Positions 31,001 through 38,988 of a stretch of 64,000 nucleotides of DNA are shown here, piece by piece; position 1 is the stretch's first letter, and the number at the start of each line of letters is the position of its first letter. Source of the stretch: a virus; the IMG/VR virus record IMGVR_UViG_3300033149_000928, positions 1 through 64,000 of that record; one strand, written 5' to 3'. Position numbers and translations under genes: made by a program. The notes under the pieces were generated by a model. It did no database searches. It was not told where the DNA came from and saw nothing but the letters and a program-made list of their open reading frames with translations.

Positions 31001-32053
31001 GAAACCAAAGGCTTCCGCACCTTTAGCTACTTGGTTAGATAAAGTTTGATATGCAGCTTCAGCTTGATCTAATAAATCAAAACCAAAGGCATCACTTAGT
31101 TCACGTAATCCTTCTGCCCATCTATCGGTAGTGAGTTGATTCTGTTGAGAAATCGTTCGGATTTCTGAGATACGTATACTAAACTCAATCGCATCTTCCG
31201 TTGCTCTTTTCACTTCTTGAATAAATTTACTTACTGCTCTATGGATAACTTGCACAACGACAACACGTAAGAATGTTTGCCATGAGAGAGTAAGTTTTTG
31301 TACCCGATCTTTAGCAGTATCTAAACTTTCATTTAATGGTTTAGTTGAAGATGCGACTCCAATAAGCTGACCATTGACACTGGTTAAAGTTGCAGTAAGT
31401 TTTTGTCCATCTGTAGTTGTAGCATTCCAGATTTCTTGAGTACGATTTGATGCCGTATTTATTTTCTTTGATATTATAAGTCCTTCTAATTGACCTTTAT
31501 TCTTTTGTTGTTGTAAAAGATTAAGTTCATTTTGTGCTCTCTTCATTTGATCGGCAAGTTTATTTTCAGCGCGTATTCTTGCTTCCGTTGTTTGTGCTTG
31601 CTTGATCCTAACACTAAGTAAATTATTCTCTGCATCTGCAACAACTTGCACTGTATTACCAGTGGCATCTAAACCCGACCTAACTAATTTTTGTAATTTA
31701 CCATTCTTATCAAGTACAGTATTAATTCTTAAGAGTGTTTTAATACGTTGATTAGCTACTTCATCAGCACGTAATCCTGCTTTAGTACCTTCTTTTAAAG
31801 GAGGAATAACTCCTTCTTGAGCCGCTATGTAATCCTCAAGTTGTTTTATTAATTGACCTAATCCCTTAAATGACCCTACCTCAGTATTAAATTTACTCAT
31901 ACTCTCAGTAAATGCTGCTACACCTTTATTTAAATCTAAGAATGCATCTCTTAATTTATTTATTTCTGCAATAGAATCCCTAGTGTCGAAGACAATATCT
32001 CCGCCAAACTCTTCGCCACCATACCATTTACGATTTTTGATTTGGTAAATCAA
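28001..32053 (-). CDS. Tail tape measure protein (TP901-like core)
   Basis: About 1350 aa, helical/coiled-coil, AYQTLS...FKTIELGR core, TDTVPAMLTPGEFVMN near the C-terminus. Likely TTG start at 32053 (AGGTGG RBS, overlaps upstream TGA). Confidence 0.9.
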   Translation of the reverse strand: MIYQIKNRKWYGGEEFGGDIVFDTRDSIAEINKLRDAFLDLNKGVAAFTESMSKFNTEVGSFKGLGQLIKQLEDYIAAQEGVIPPLKEGTKAGLRADEVANQRIKTLLRINTVLDKNGKLQKLVRSGLDATGNTVQVVADAENNLLSVRIKQAQTTEARIRAENKLADQMKRAQNELNLLQQQKNKGQLEGLIISKKINTASNRTQEIWNATTTDGQKLTATLTSVNGQLIGVASSTKPLNESLDTAKDRVQKLTLSWQTFLRVVVVQVIHRAVSKFIQEVKRATEDAIEFSIRISEIRTISQQNQLTTDRWAEGLRELSDAFGFDLLDQAEAAYQTLSNQVAKGAEAFGFLKSANELALVGVSDAAASVQFLSAVQNAFNLTLDDTANIAAQTFKTIELGRVRLDEMANTIGQSAVPAANLGLSFTDLAAAITTVTIRGVPFEKAQTAIRNILLKLIRPTAEMTKLFREWGVVSGEAAIAAFGFGGVLAKIEERTKGSSSELGKIFGRIRAISGAMVFAGRGLKTFENNWKELQEAQASYEVALKETLTNTGREIRIEVNKIKNFFTEEIGRDLIDTIKFVNDNVLSLSDSVKLFASVITVFLAPAIGLAAAALVSLNLAIIVTPFGALVAGLTAAGIGLKLAFDSVTNSYDEAIKEADDFYNESVKKLKDQTTARLKIIESGYEVEFRLAKAAIAQVQSVLSKQLDTQVGLDKELANGLKLAYQDVIKSIQAGIKDLNDILKDSEKTIEQTTKNIADLKRELASNILREQLDSAVDVQAKQRLLIAEAQKQFVAAISITGTDQQSQRNARAAFDITKKLLEEAAKLQSDTAEKNESNEKEVNKLRERGKKAATDLENLRLKAADKRLTFENKIDARIRAGARISITSVNGEIKSIQSKDKAVLKAQRDQERFERENNERIRKLLTVTANITQEIKERQPIEIEQLEISKAQNALIKQRIEFEKELAEAAKQATKEAKEETERREKNLKLIQEQSREISKLKVKDLIGVDDVDEQIVNLLKALKDVDKARETIEKASVKDPKTAIVAQEQLAKKEAQIEETLKKKLLEQELETVRKTIKLQEEGLKNRIKVQKEAELKLRGSEPAARTDLISTFAKLGPDFAKFRADLAPFLKDPTAKGAAVLIKTIEDFERSQQELAPFFRGQRSEEGVAAISTFEDAVLRLFRITRDNNAVSELKKLTEASKKQVEESRKAFDKTFGLTEQADRDRNDHLKKIEKAQTVDIPALLAQIRDKVGPLGRAAGGDVPGSTDTVPAMLTPGEFVMNARSARKFHTQLVAMNAGIQPFQGGGSVTNVGDVNINMQSSGNEAYDVTKVGKLLQRQIRRKTLRF

Positions 32054-32571
32054 ACTGTCCACCTAGTAGTCGAGATTAGATTTTTATTTAAATATTTTCT
32101 AATTATAGGAAAAATATTCTCTACTATATATTTTTCTGTTTGCAATCCTGCTTCTTCGATAGTTCTCCAAGGTGTATTGGGTATTGCAGTAGCATCGTAT
32201 TCATTCTCTTCCCAGTAATTAACTCCTGGTGCTTTGTTAAGATCAGCTACAGTAGAAGAGAAACCAAAAATATATAAACCTCTTTCTATTACCCAAAAAG
32301 CTTTACCTTGGTCTACTCCTGTACCTACATTCTTACCTTCTCGATTCGGTTCTTCTGCATCATCATAATTAATTGTCAACCCAAATTCAATAGCAGCGGC
32401 AGTTAAAGATGCTCTTGCTTGTCCAGTCCATGCAGGTACTGAATCCTTTCCTATCATACCTTGAATAAAATATTGAGCGGCCTTATAAAGCATACCTTTC
32501 ATAAGATCATCAATATCCCGTTCGATAGTTTTCTTAATATAAGGCATCTTAATTTTAGCTACAAATTTCAT
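32050..32571 (-). CDS. Tail morphogenesis protein (HK97 gp10-like)
   Basis: VPAWTGQARASL resembles the PVxTGxLRxS motif; tail-module context. Confidence 0.5.
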   Translation of the reverse strand: MKFVAKIKMPYIKKTIERDIDDLMKGMLYKAAQYFIQGMIGKDSVPAWTGQARASLTAAAIEFGLTINYDDAEEPNREGKNVGTGVDQGKAFWVIERGLYIFGFSSTVADLNKAPGVNYWEENEYDATAIPNTPWRTIEEAGLQTEKYIVENIFPIIRKYLNKNLISTTRWTV

Positions 32572-33235
32572 GTTAATTTTGCTCCAAGCATTGCCGCTTG
32601 CCGTTCGTCATCTTCGATCTCACGAATCTGATTATATGATATAAGGAGAGCTTGTGTCCATACATTACACTCGTCCCAAGCCTTATCTGCACCTTCTGGT
32701 ACAATCCCCATACGTTCACAAGCTCTCCATATAGAATATAACTCCGTGCGGAAACGGGGAAGTACTATTTTTCTGACCCCGCCTCCTGAGAAGCTAAAAA
32801 ACGTTTCCGTGCCTCTTCAATCTTATCACTATTAAGTCCTTGGGCATTCGTGACACCCATTATAACTCTCAATACTTCCGCCTCAGAAAGCCAAGTACCT
32901 AATTCCTTTTCATAGTTCTTCCATGTATCGGGCTTACCCATATCAATGGTATCCCACTCAAGACCTTCAGTTGCTTCAAGGGACTTGAGAACTTGCCATG
33001 CGTACTTCGCAGTACCATATTCATCAATAGCTTTAAGGAACTTCGGGTCATCAACATTTAGTTCCTTACGTCCACCAGGGAACATCTTCTCCGGTGGGGT
33101 AGGTCTTGGAAACATGTTATTGAAATCACTATAATCCAAAACAGCTTGTGCTTTAATGATAATCGTATCTTCACCACGAATGATCGGAATAATTTCAACA
33201 GCAGGACCATTAAGTACCACACCTTGAATCTTCAT
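32568..33235 (-). CDS. Tail assembly chaperone G (32765-33235) and GT via programmed -1 frameshift
   Basis: Slippery T-TTT-TTA at 32801-32795; the -1 frame is open (FSFSGGGVRKIVLPRFRTELYSIWRACER...) to TGA 32568, coupled by ATGA to the next gene. Confidence 0.85.
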
Positions 33236-33259
33236 TACAAACCCTTTCTTCCCTCAAAC

Positions 33260-33300
33260 TTGCTCCACGGTTTGATTTACTAAATCAAACCGTGGAGCAA
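33260..33300. terminator. 41-bp palindrome (20-bp arms) centred on the 17-bp motif, downstream of the tail tube gene
   Basis: TTGCTCCACGGTTTGATTTA-C-TAAATCAAACCGTGGAGCAA. Confidence 0.55.
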
Positions 33301-33307
33301 CAAAAAT

Positions 33308-33829
33308 CTACTGACGCACAATCAGAGCATCAGTGGCATTACACTGACCTGTAACCGCAACAGTACCAGCAGAAAGATCATGTGCAAGACTCGTATAACG
33401 GAAGTCAGGGAGCGTGATAATTTCATCAAGCTCACCACCACAAGGTGGCACATAATCCACTTCAATATCAACCGCGTAGGGTTCACATGGGTCAGAAGAA
33501 CTTGATACCCAACCCGATGCTTCACCACGCTGCTTCAATGCATCTTCAACAGTCGGTGTACCTGCCGCCGTTGTGGACACAGCCTGGAGGAACTCCCAGG
33601 TAAAATCAAAACGAACGTCAATCGGCTCTTCGTCACCTTCCTTAACGGTGTCAAGGAGTCCACGGTCACGAACATACTCGATATTCTTTCGTTCATCATA
33701 AGTGAGAGTACCCTCACCAATCTTCACTTCAAGACTTTGCTGCGCAGACCCAACACCACCATCTTTAAGCCAGATGGTGGCATTTTTGAGATCAATCTGT
33801 GCACCATACCATCTACGATCTCGAAACAT
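33308..33829 (-). CDS. Major tail tube protein (RxWYG leader)
   Basis: Directly upstream of the G/GT chaperone; acidic, beta-rich, 173 aa. Confidence 0.75.
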   Translation of the reverse strand: MFRDRRWYGAQIDLKNATIWLKDGGVGSAQQSLEVKIGEGTLTYDERKNIEYVRDRGLLDTVKEGDEEPIDVRFDFTWEFLQAVSTTAAGTPTVEDALKQRGEASGWVSSSSDPCEPYAVDIEVDYVPPCGGELDEIITLPDFRYTSLAHDLSAGTVAVTGQCNATDALIVRQ

Positions 33830-33832
33830 ATC

Positions 33833-34567
33833 TTACTCCTCAGCAAGTTCCATTGTATAGTGACGTTCTACACCTGCCTGTAAGACTTCAGCGGCAGGTT
33901 GTAGCTGACCAAAATGACTTACCTGAAGGTTCTTACGTTTACCATCTTGTGCTTGTAAGCAACCTAAGAAAGTATCATCATCCTGGATTTCCTTCCCATA
34001 ACGATAAGTGAGGATATTATTCGTGAACAACGATGTAACGAAATCTGTCTGTAAACGAATATTATGGAAATCCTTATCACTTTTCGGTACGGTAATGATC
34101 GCGTTCACTTCCACAATTAATTTCCACCAGCCCTTTGAAAATTGCTGAAAGAAAGGACCGTCTACACGAAGCTCAAAAAATTCTAATTGATCTTGAGTCT
34201 CGCGATGTTCTCCTTCGAGGAACATGAAAAGCCCTGATCTCAAGTCCTCGAAGTGTTGACAAATAGAAGCATAAATCCAACGCCCCCAGTTGGCATTTAC
34301 GCCTCCGCTCGGTGACGCCCCCGTCACTGAGAAATCTACACTATCTGATACGGTTCCTGTAGAGCCGATTGACATGACCCTGCCAGTATAATCTCCAGGA
34401 GCTACACCTTCTATCTCGATTGTTCCGTTGCCAATAATTGAATTAATGGTATGCCATCTATTGTTATTACGGGTAGTGAAGACGAGAACATTAATTGATC
34501 CCGCTTCCGCACCCGTTATAGTTGCTGTTGAACCAACGATATTAAGCGTTGGGATAGCTGTTGGCAT
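33833..34567 (-). CDS. Tail terminator-like protein with extra N-terminal Ig-like domain
   Basis: Position before the tail tube; beta-rich N-domain, SPSGG linker. Confidence 0.5.
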   Translation of the reverse strand: MPTAIPTLNIVGSTATITGAEAGSINVLVFTTRNNNRWHTINSIIGNGTIEIEGVAPGDYTGRVMSIGSTGTVSDSVDFSVTGASPSGGVNANWGRWIYASICQHFEDLRSGLFMFLEGEHRETQDQLEFFELRVDGPFFQQFSKGWWKLIVEVNAIITVPKSDKDFHNIRLQTDFVTSLFTNNILTYRYGKEIQDDDTFLGCLQAQDGKRKNLQVSHFGQLQPAAEVLQAGVERHYTMELAEE

Positions 34568-35006
34568 TAGTTATTCCTAAAGCATTCAATAGTATTTGGA
34601 TGTTATTACGTCCCTTAATAGCCACATTAATATGTGGATATTTCCGTTTGAGTTGACTCTCTCGTACCGTATCTCCAGTATAAACTACGTATGGAATATT
34701 ACGGTGGTTACTCTCGAATTCTTCAACTATTTTCTTACCGCTATCTTTTTGTTCTAGATTCAAATCAATAATAGCGCAAATTATTGATATGTTCTCTTCA
34801 TGTAAAATATCTAACGCATCTATCGAATTATCAATGACTTTTGATTTAATATGTTTTGATTCAAGTATCTTCTGTAGATACTGAGCTACATGAGCGTCAT
34901 CTTCAATAACAAGACAGAAACCATCAGGACAAGTTGCTTGCCTCAATGCAACACGGGTATGTTGCGAACTTGAGAAGAAGTCTGAGATTGTTTTCTTATT
35001 CATCAT
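34542..35006 (-). CDS. Stand-alone response-regulator receiver (CheY-like) domain
   Basis: LVIEDD acidic pocket, AIIDLNL phospho-Asp, SG, VVYTG, AIKG. Confidence 0.8.
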   Translation of the reverse strand: MMNKKTISDFFSSSQHTRVALRQATCPDGFCLVIEDDAHVAQYLQKILESKHIKSKVIDNSIDALDILHEENISIICAIIDLNLEQKDSGKKIVEEFESNHRNIPYVVYTGDTVRESQLKRKYPHINVAIKGRNNIQILLNALGITNANSYPNA

Positions 35007-35226
35007 CAGATTTACCAGCCTTGTAATTCTGAAGAGCATCCTTGACCTCTACCATTAGACTATTAGAAGTCCGTATTAACTCTGCTAGGCCACCCATTAA
35101 TTCTTTACATTCTGAAATCAAGGACTCGACCTGTCCTTGCTGGTTTATATTTTGTTTATAGAGTACCCCTATGGCTGCTGCGAGAGCACCTATAACACCG
35201 ATGATAACTGAAAGAGGGATTTCCAT
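34996..35226 (-). CDS. Small single-TM coiled-coil protein
   Basis: VIIGVIGALAAAIGVLY TM helix, then coiled coil. Confidence 0.6.
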   Translation of the reverse strand: MEIPLSVIIGVIGALAAAIGVLYKQNINQQGQVESLISECKELMGGLAELIRTSNSLMVEVKDALQNYKAGKSDDE

Positions 35227-35253
35227 ATTTTTCCTTTGTACTTATGCTTGTGT

Positions 35254-35541
35254 TTACTGACTAATACGCACTAAAGCTGTACCACTACCATAATCACCTA
35301 CTTTAAAACCAATACGATAGTAGATATTTTTCTCAGGATCATCGCCTACTTTTTGGTCATTTAATGTGAAAGCTTCAACATCAAACCAATCTTGCCCATT
35401 AAAAGAACGTTGAAGAGTAACAGTACCCGTCCAAGTTCCAGAGATGGACATATTAAAGACTTCATTCCTTAAACGTATTACTGCGAAGTCATCTGCTTGT
35501 GATATACTCTTTTCAGTTGCAGCTATCGCATCGGTAGTCAT
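35254..35541 (-). CDS. Small beta-rich virion protein
   Basis: SISGTWTGTVTLQRSFNGQDW, YYRIG. Confidence 0.6.
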   Translation of the reverse strand: MTTDAIAATEKSISQADDFAVIRLRNEVFNMSISGTWTGTVTLQRSFNGQDWFDVEAFTLNDQKVGDDPEKNIYYRIGFKVGDYGSGTALVRISQ

Positions 35542-36041
35542 ACTGTACCCTCCACTTCCTCAAAGAATTCGATTTGGGCACTTACTTCTTTATTGTGCCA
35601 TTCAAAAGGTAATTGTTGAACAGTTTGTTTAGCTACAATATACATTGCTAATCCATCAGCATAAGAGTTTACCTCTTTTAGATTATAACGCTTATGCTGA
35701 TAGATTAAGTGCCATTGTAAATCAACCTTTACAGTATCTCTAACTGCACGTGGGAGGTCTTTTGTCTCTATGATGTAATCCCTAATTCCCATATCATAAT
35801 AAGCACCATACTGGAAATTCTTATTAGCAGCAAGGAAAGTAAGGTCATATGCAAATTTCCGCATTAATTGTTTAGGTAGTGGTATCCCTCTTTTGATTTT
35901 ATAAACATTATAATCCATAACTATCTCACCAGTTTTAACATTATTGCTACTACTGGTGACTTGATATAAATACATACGATCACCATACTGTCTTTTCAGA
36001 CGGTATAGTAATCTCTTCATTTGTGCTTTAATGGTGTACAT
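35538..36041 (-). CDS. Head-closure/head-tail joining protein (putative)
   Basis: Directly after the capsid gene; LKRQYG...NVKTGE. Confidence 0.55.
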   Translation of the reverse strand: MYTIKAQMKRLLYRLKRQYGDRMYLYQVTSSSNNVKTGEIVMDYNVYKIKRGIPLPKQLMRKFAYDLTFLAANKNFQYGAYYDMGIRDYIIETKDLPRAVRDTVKVDLQWHLIYQHKRYNLKEVNSYADGLAMYIVAKQTVQQLPFEWHNKEVSAQIEFFEEVEGTV

Positions 36042-36113
36042 TTTGTTTATTTCTTTTGATTTAGTAAATCAATTTGGCTCAGCCAGTGGCGTAGCCAGTG
36101 GCGCAGCAGAGGG

Positions 36114-36148
36114 TGGGGTGAGTGAGCCACAGTAGCTCACTCACCCCA
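36114..36148 (-). terminator. Stem-loop after the capsid gene
   Basis: TGGGGTGAGTGAGC-7 nt-GCTCACTCACCCCA perfect 14-bp stem; no strong U-tract. Confidence 0.55.
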
Positions 36149-36161
36149 GAGCAAGGCGACA

Positions 36162-37556
36162 CTACCCAAGCAACACCGCACCCAAGTTCGTATCAAGAAC
36201 CTTCACACCACAAAGGAGGTCCACGGTCACTAAGTGACCCTGAGACGTACCATTGTAAGTGATCGTAACGCGAATCGCGACACCATTAGCACTCGCCACG
36301 GCACTCAAAGCACCAGTACCGGCTCTCGGAAGAGCAAGAGGACGCGAAACAAAAGTAATAGCATTCCGATGGAAAGCAAAGTTATAGCTTCCAGCGGGAC
36401 CAATACACACATCGTCATTATTGGCAATAGCAGCACCAAGAGGACGATCCAACGTGATACCGATAAGAGCATTAACCGCAATGATCGTATAGATATCAGT
36501 TGTGGTGGAATCACCGAAGGTCACGAACTGACCAACCTGCGGGGCGACCGTGAAGCCATCAATCACGATTTCCTTGGCGTAACCAGCCGCGTAATCACCG
36601 ACCTTATTGACTTCACCAGGAGTATAAACCGTGATATCAGCATCATCCACGACAGCCGTAGAAAGACCAGGAGCAAGAACCGTGATAGTAGTCGGCGTAG
36701 CACCGACAACCGCTGAGACGACCCGAAGAGGAGTCATATCCCCTTCAATGGTAATCCATGAGCCAGCCGCGATTGCAGCACTGAAACCATCAACCGTAAA
36801 CACGGTTGAACCAGCCGCATAACCAGCGCCAAAATTAATCTCGCCAGCCGTAACGGTATTACCCACAGCGACCGAGGACATATGCTGATCCATGTAGTTA
36901 TCAAAGCCAAGCTTACGGCCCATGCTAGCTTCACGGAGAGCAGTACCTTCGTCACCAACGGTATTTGCGGTTAAGAAAATCTCAGTATCTAGAGCCTGAG
37001 TCTCACCATCAGGGTTCCAAACGAGATTCCTTCCCTGAGCATATGCCAGATTCTCGTTCATGACCTTACGAGTCTGGAGCATATACTGCTTAGCGGTCGT
37101 ACCACTGAGACCACCAATCATTCCAGCTTCATTAGCCAGGAACTGGGGCCATTGACCAAGGATAACCTTATCGGTTGCCTGGGCAATGGAGAGAACCGCA
37201 GGACCAAGATGGACTTCGATCAAGTCCTTCATGGACTTCGACAGTTCGCCATCCTTAATGGTAAAAGATGTATGGAAGTGCTGATCCAGAGGAACCTGGA
37301 TATTCGTGAGACTCGCATCCTGTACCGTCACATCATCATTATCGGTCTTCCTCTCAGCCGTAAATGTACCGGGCTGACGAGTATTGACGAGATCGCCTTG
37401 ACTCGCAATTTCCATCGAGAAATCCCGATGAACGAGATTAGCAGCGACCATATTTTCGGTTAAGATAGCGACAGACTCATTAGCCCAGACTTCCGGGATA
37501 AGTGCATCGTTATCATTGACACCGTACCAACTTCTACTTCTAACGTATCGAAACAT
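36162..37556 (-). CDS. Major capsid protein, P22 coat-like, with two inserted beta domains
   Basis: ALIPEVWANE, LVHRDF, GDLVN, GRKLGFDNYMDQ, AFHRNAITFVSRPL, VDLLCGVKVLD. Confidence 0.9.
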   Translation of the reverse strand: MFRYVRSRSWYGVNDNDALIPEVWANESVAILTENMVAANLVHRDFSMEIASQGDLVNTRQPGTFTAERKTDNDDVTVQDASLTNIQVPLDQHFHTSFTIKDGELSKSMKDLIEVHLGPAVLSIAQATDKVILGQWPQFLANEAGMIGGLSGTTAKQYMLQTRKVMNENLAYAQGRNLVWNPDGETQALDTEIFLTANTVGDEGTALREASMGRKLGFDNYMDQHMSSVAVGNTVTAGEINFGAGYAAGSTVFTVDGFSAAIAAGSWITIEGDMTPLRVVSAVVGATPTTITVLAPGLSTAVVDDADITVYTPGEVNKVGDYAAGYAKEIVIDGFTVAPQVGQFVTFGDSTTTDIYTIIAVNALIGITLDRPLGAAIANNDDVCIGPAGSYNFAFHRNAITFVSRPLALPRAGTGALSAVASANGVAIRVTITYNGTSQGHLVTVDLLCGVKVLDTNLGAVLLG

Positions 37557-37582
37557 GGACTATCTCCTATTTCCTTGTTTGT

Positions 37583-38533
37583 TTACTTCACTTCGTCTAA
37601 AATGTTTTTGCCATCTTTCTTCAGTTTCTCTCTTCTTGCAATGTATTGCTCCGTGGTTAAGTTCCCCACGTCAACACTACCACCAGAGCCTTGGACTCCG
37701 GCTGCATCCCCTAACCCACCAGTGACGTTAGCCTTGAAGAGATTCCCGTACTGCTGTGGGATATCCTTCATCTTTGCTACGGCTTCCGCAACCGGGAGAT
37801 CAAGTGTAACAGGTTTACCATCACCATCCACACCAGCTAATTTGGTTCGAGGAATCAAATTACCTGTGGCCTTACCCTCTCCATCCAATTCCTCGGATAG
37901 AGTAGTATTCGGAATTAACAGAGTAACGATTTGTGGGGGCGAAAACGCATCGTTAGCTACTGCGGCATCCAAGATAGCTCTACTAATTGTCTCGTTTGTA
38001 TACCGCTCTTGAAGAGCGTTGAGTTGATTTTGTAAATCAGTTACCTGTGTTGCATTCTCATTCTTGATTCGATCTTGTTCCTGTTTTGCAAGTTCCTCCT
38101 TTGTTTTAAGTTGATCGTTGAGTTCTTTGACTTTACCAGTGAGTTTAACTTTTTCTTCAGCCGTTAGACTGCCAGATTGAAGAGCTATGACTGTATCTTC
38201 AAGCTCAGTAACTTTAGATTGGAGTCCACGCTTATTATTAGCAAGCATCTTATTCACTTGTTCTTGCGTGAAGGTTTTAGGTTTAGTTCCACCTTCTCCG
38301 CCACCTTCTCCGCCAATACCGTCACCAGCACCATCGCCATCACCTGCTCCAGCGCCATCTCCTGCTCCAGCACCATCTCCAGCACCATCTCCAGTACCAT
38401 CTCCGCCACCTTCTCCGCCACCTTCTCCTTCACCATACCAACTACGATCTTTGATTTTGTAAATCAAAGATGCTGGTACACACATACTAACCACATCACT
38501 CATACTAACCACATCACACTCAAACATCTCCAC
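37583..38533 (-). CDS. Capsid scaffolding protein
   Basis: Gly/Asp/Glu-rich N-terminus, KTFTQEQVN motif, coiled coil; directly upstream of the capsid gene. Confidence 0.85.
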   Translation of the reverse strand: MEMFECDVVSMSDVVSMCVPASLIYKIKDRSWYGEGEGGGEGGGDGTGDGAGDGAGAGDGAGAGDGDGAGDGIGGEGGGEGGTKPKTFTQEQVNKMLANNKRGLQSKVTELEDTVIALQSGSLTAEEKVKLTGKVKELNDQLKTKEELAKQEQDRIKNENATQVTDLQNQLNALQERYTNETISRAILDAAVANDAFSPPQIVTLLIPNTTLSEELDGEGKATGNLIPRTKLAGVDGDGKPVTLDLPVAEAVAKMKDIPQQYGNLFKANVTGGLGDAAGVQGSGGSVDVGNLTTEQYIARREKLKKDGKNILDEVK

Positions 38534-38538
38534 TCCTT

Positions 38539-38988
38539 CTATGTAGCCCTATTGACCTCTAATGACTGAGGGTCTACTAAGTATGGCTTCAAGTATTGCC
38601 AAGCTAAAGTGCTTGGTATACCGGCCTGTAGATGCTCAGGTACAAAAGATCGGTCATAGGTAGACCTCGCCGATGCGAGTCCTTGAGACTTCATCCCAAG
38701 CAATTCAATTTCTTTATCGGGATCAACATCATCTAATAATACAAGTGCGAGTTCCGCACATGCATTCTGGATATCTTCTGGTATAGTCGTATCATCATAG
38801 CGTGGGAACTGCTGTTCTTGATCGGCGGCATTCTTCTCACCAATGAAATTTAATCTATCAATACGCAAAGTGGCCTCTTTAAGGGCAACAAGTTGGGTAT
38901 CCGAATCTTCATCATCCCATGCGCCAGTATTAAGACGTTCAGCGAAATGAGCATCGGCATCGGCTACGGTTATGTAGGGAATAGTCAT
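38539..38988 (-). CDS. Head-tail adaptor (DnaT-like family)
   Basis: YITVADADAHFAERL, W, ALKEATLRID, QQFPR, IQNACAELA. Confidence 0.75.
   Translation of the reverse strand: MTIPYITVADADAHFAERLNTGAWDDEDSDTQLVALKEATLRIDRLNFIGEKNAADQEQQFPRYDDTTIPEDIQNACAELALVLLDDVDPDKEIELLGMKSQGLASARSTYDRSFVPEHLQAGIPSTLAWQYLKPYLVDPQSLEVNRAT

Noticed and set aside
28074-31049. Plus-strand ORFs opposite the tape measure (and similar ones opposite capsid, scaffold and terminase)
   Set aside because: Antisense shadows of well-supported genes, with no RBS or motifs.
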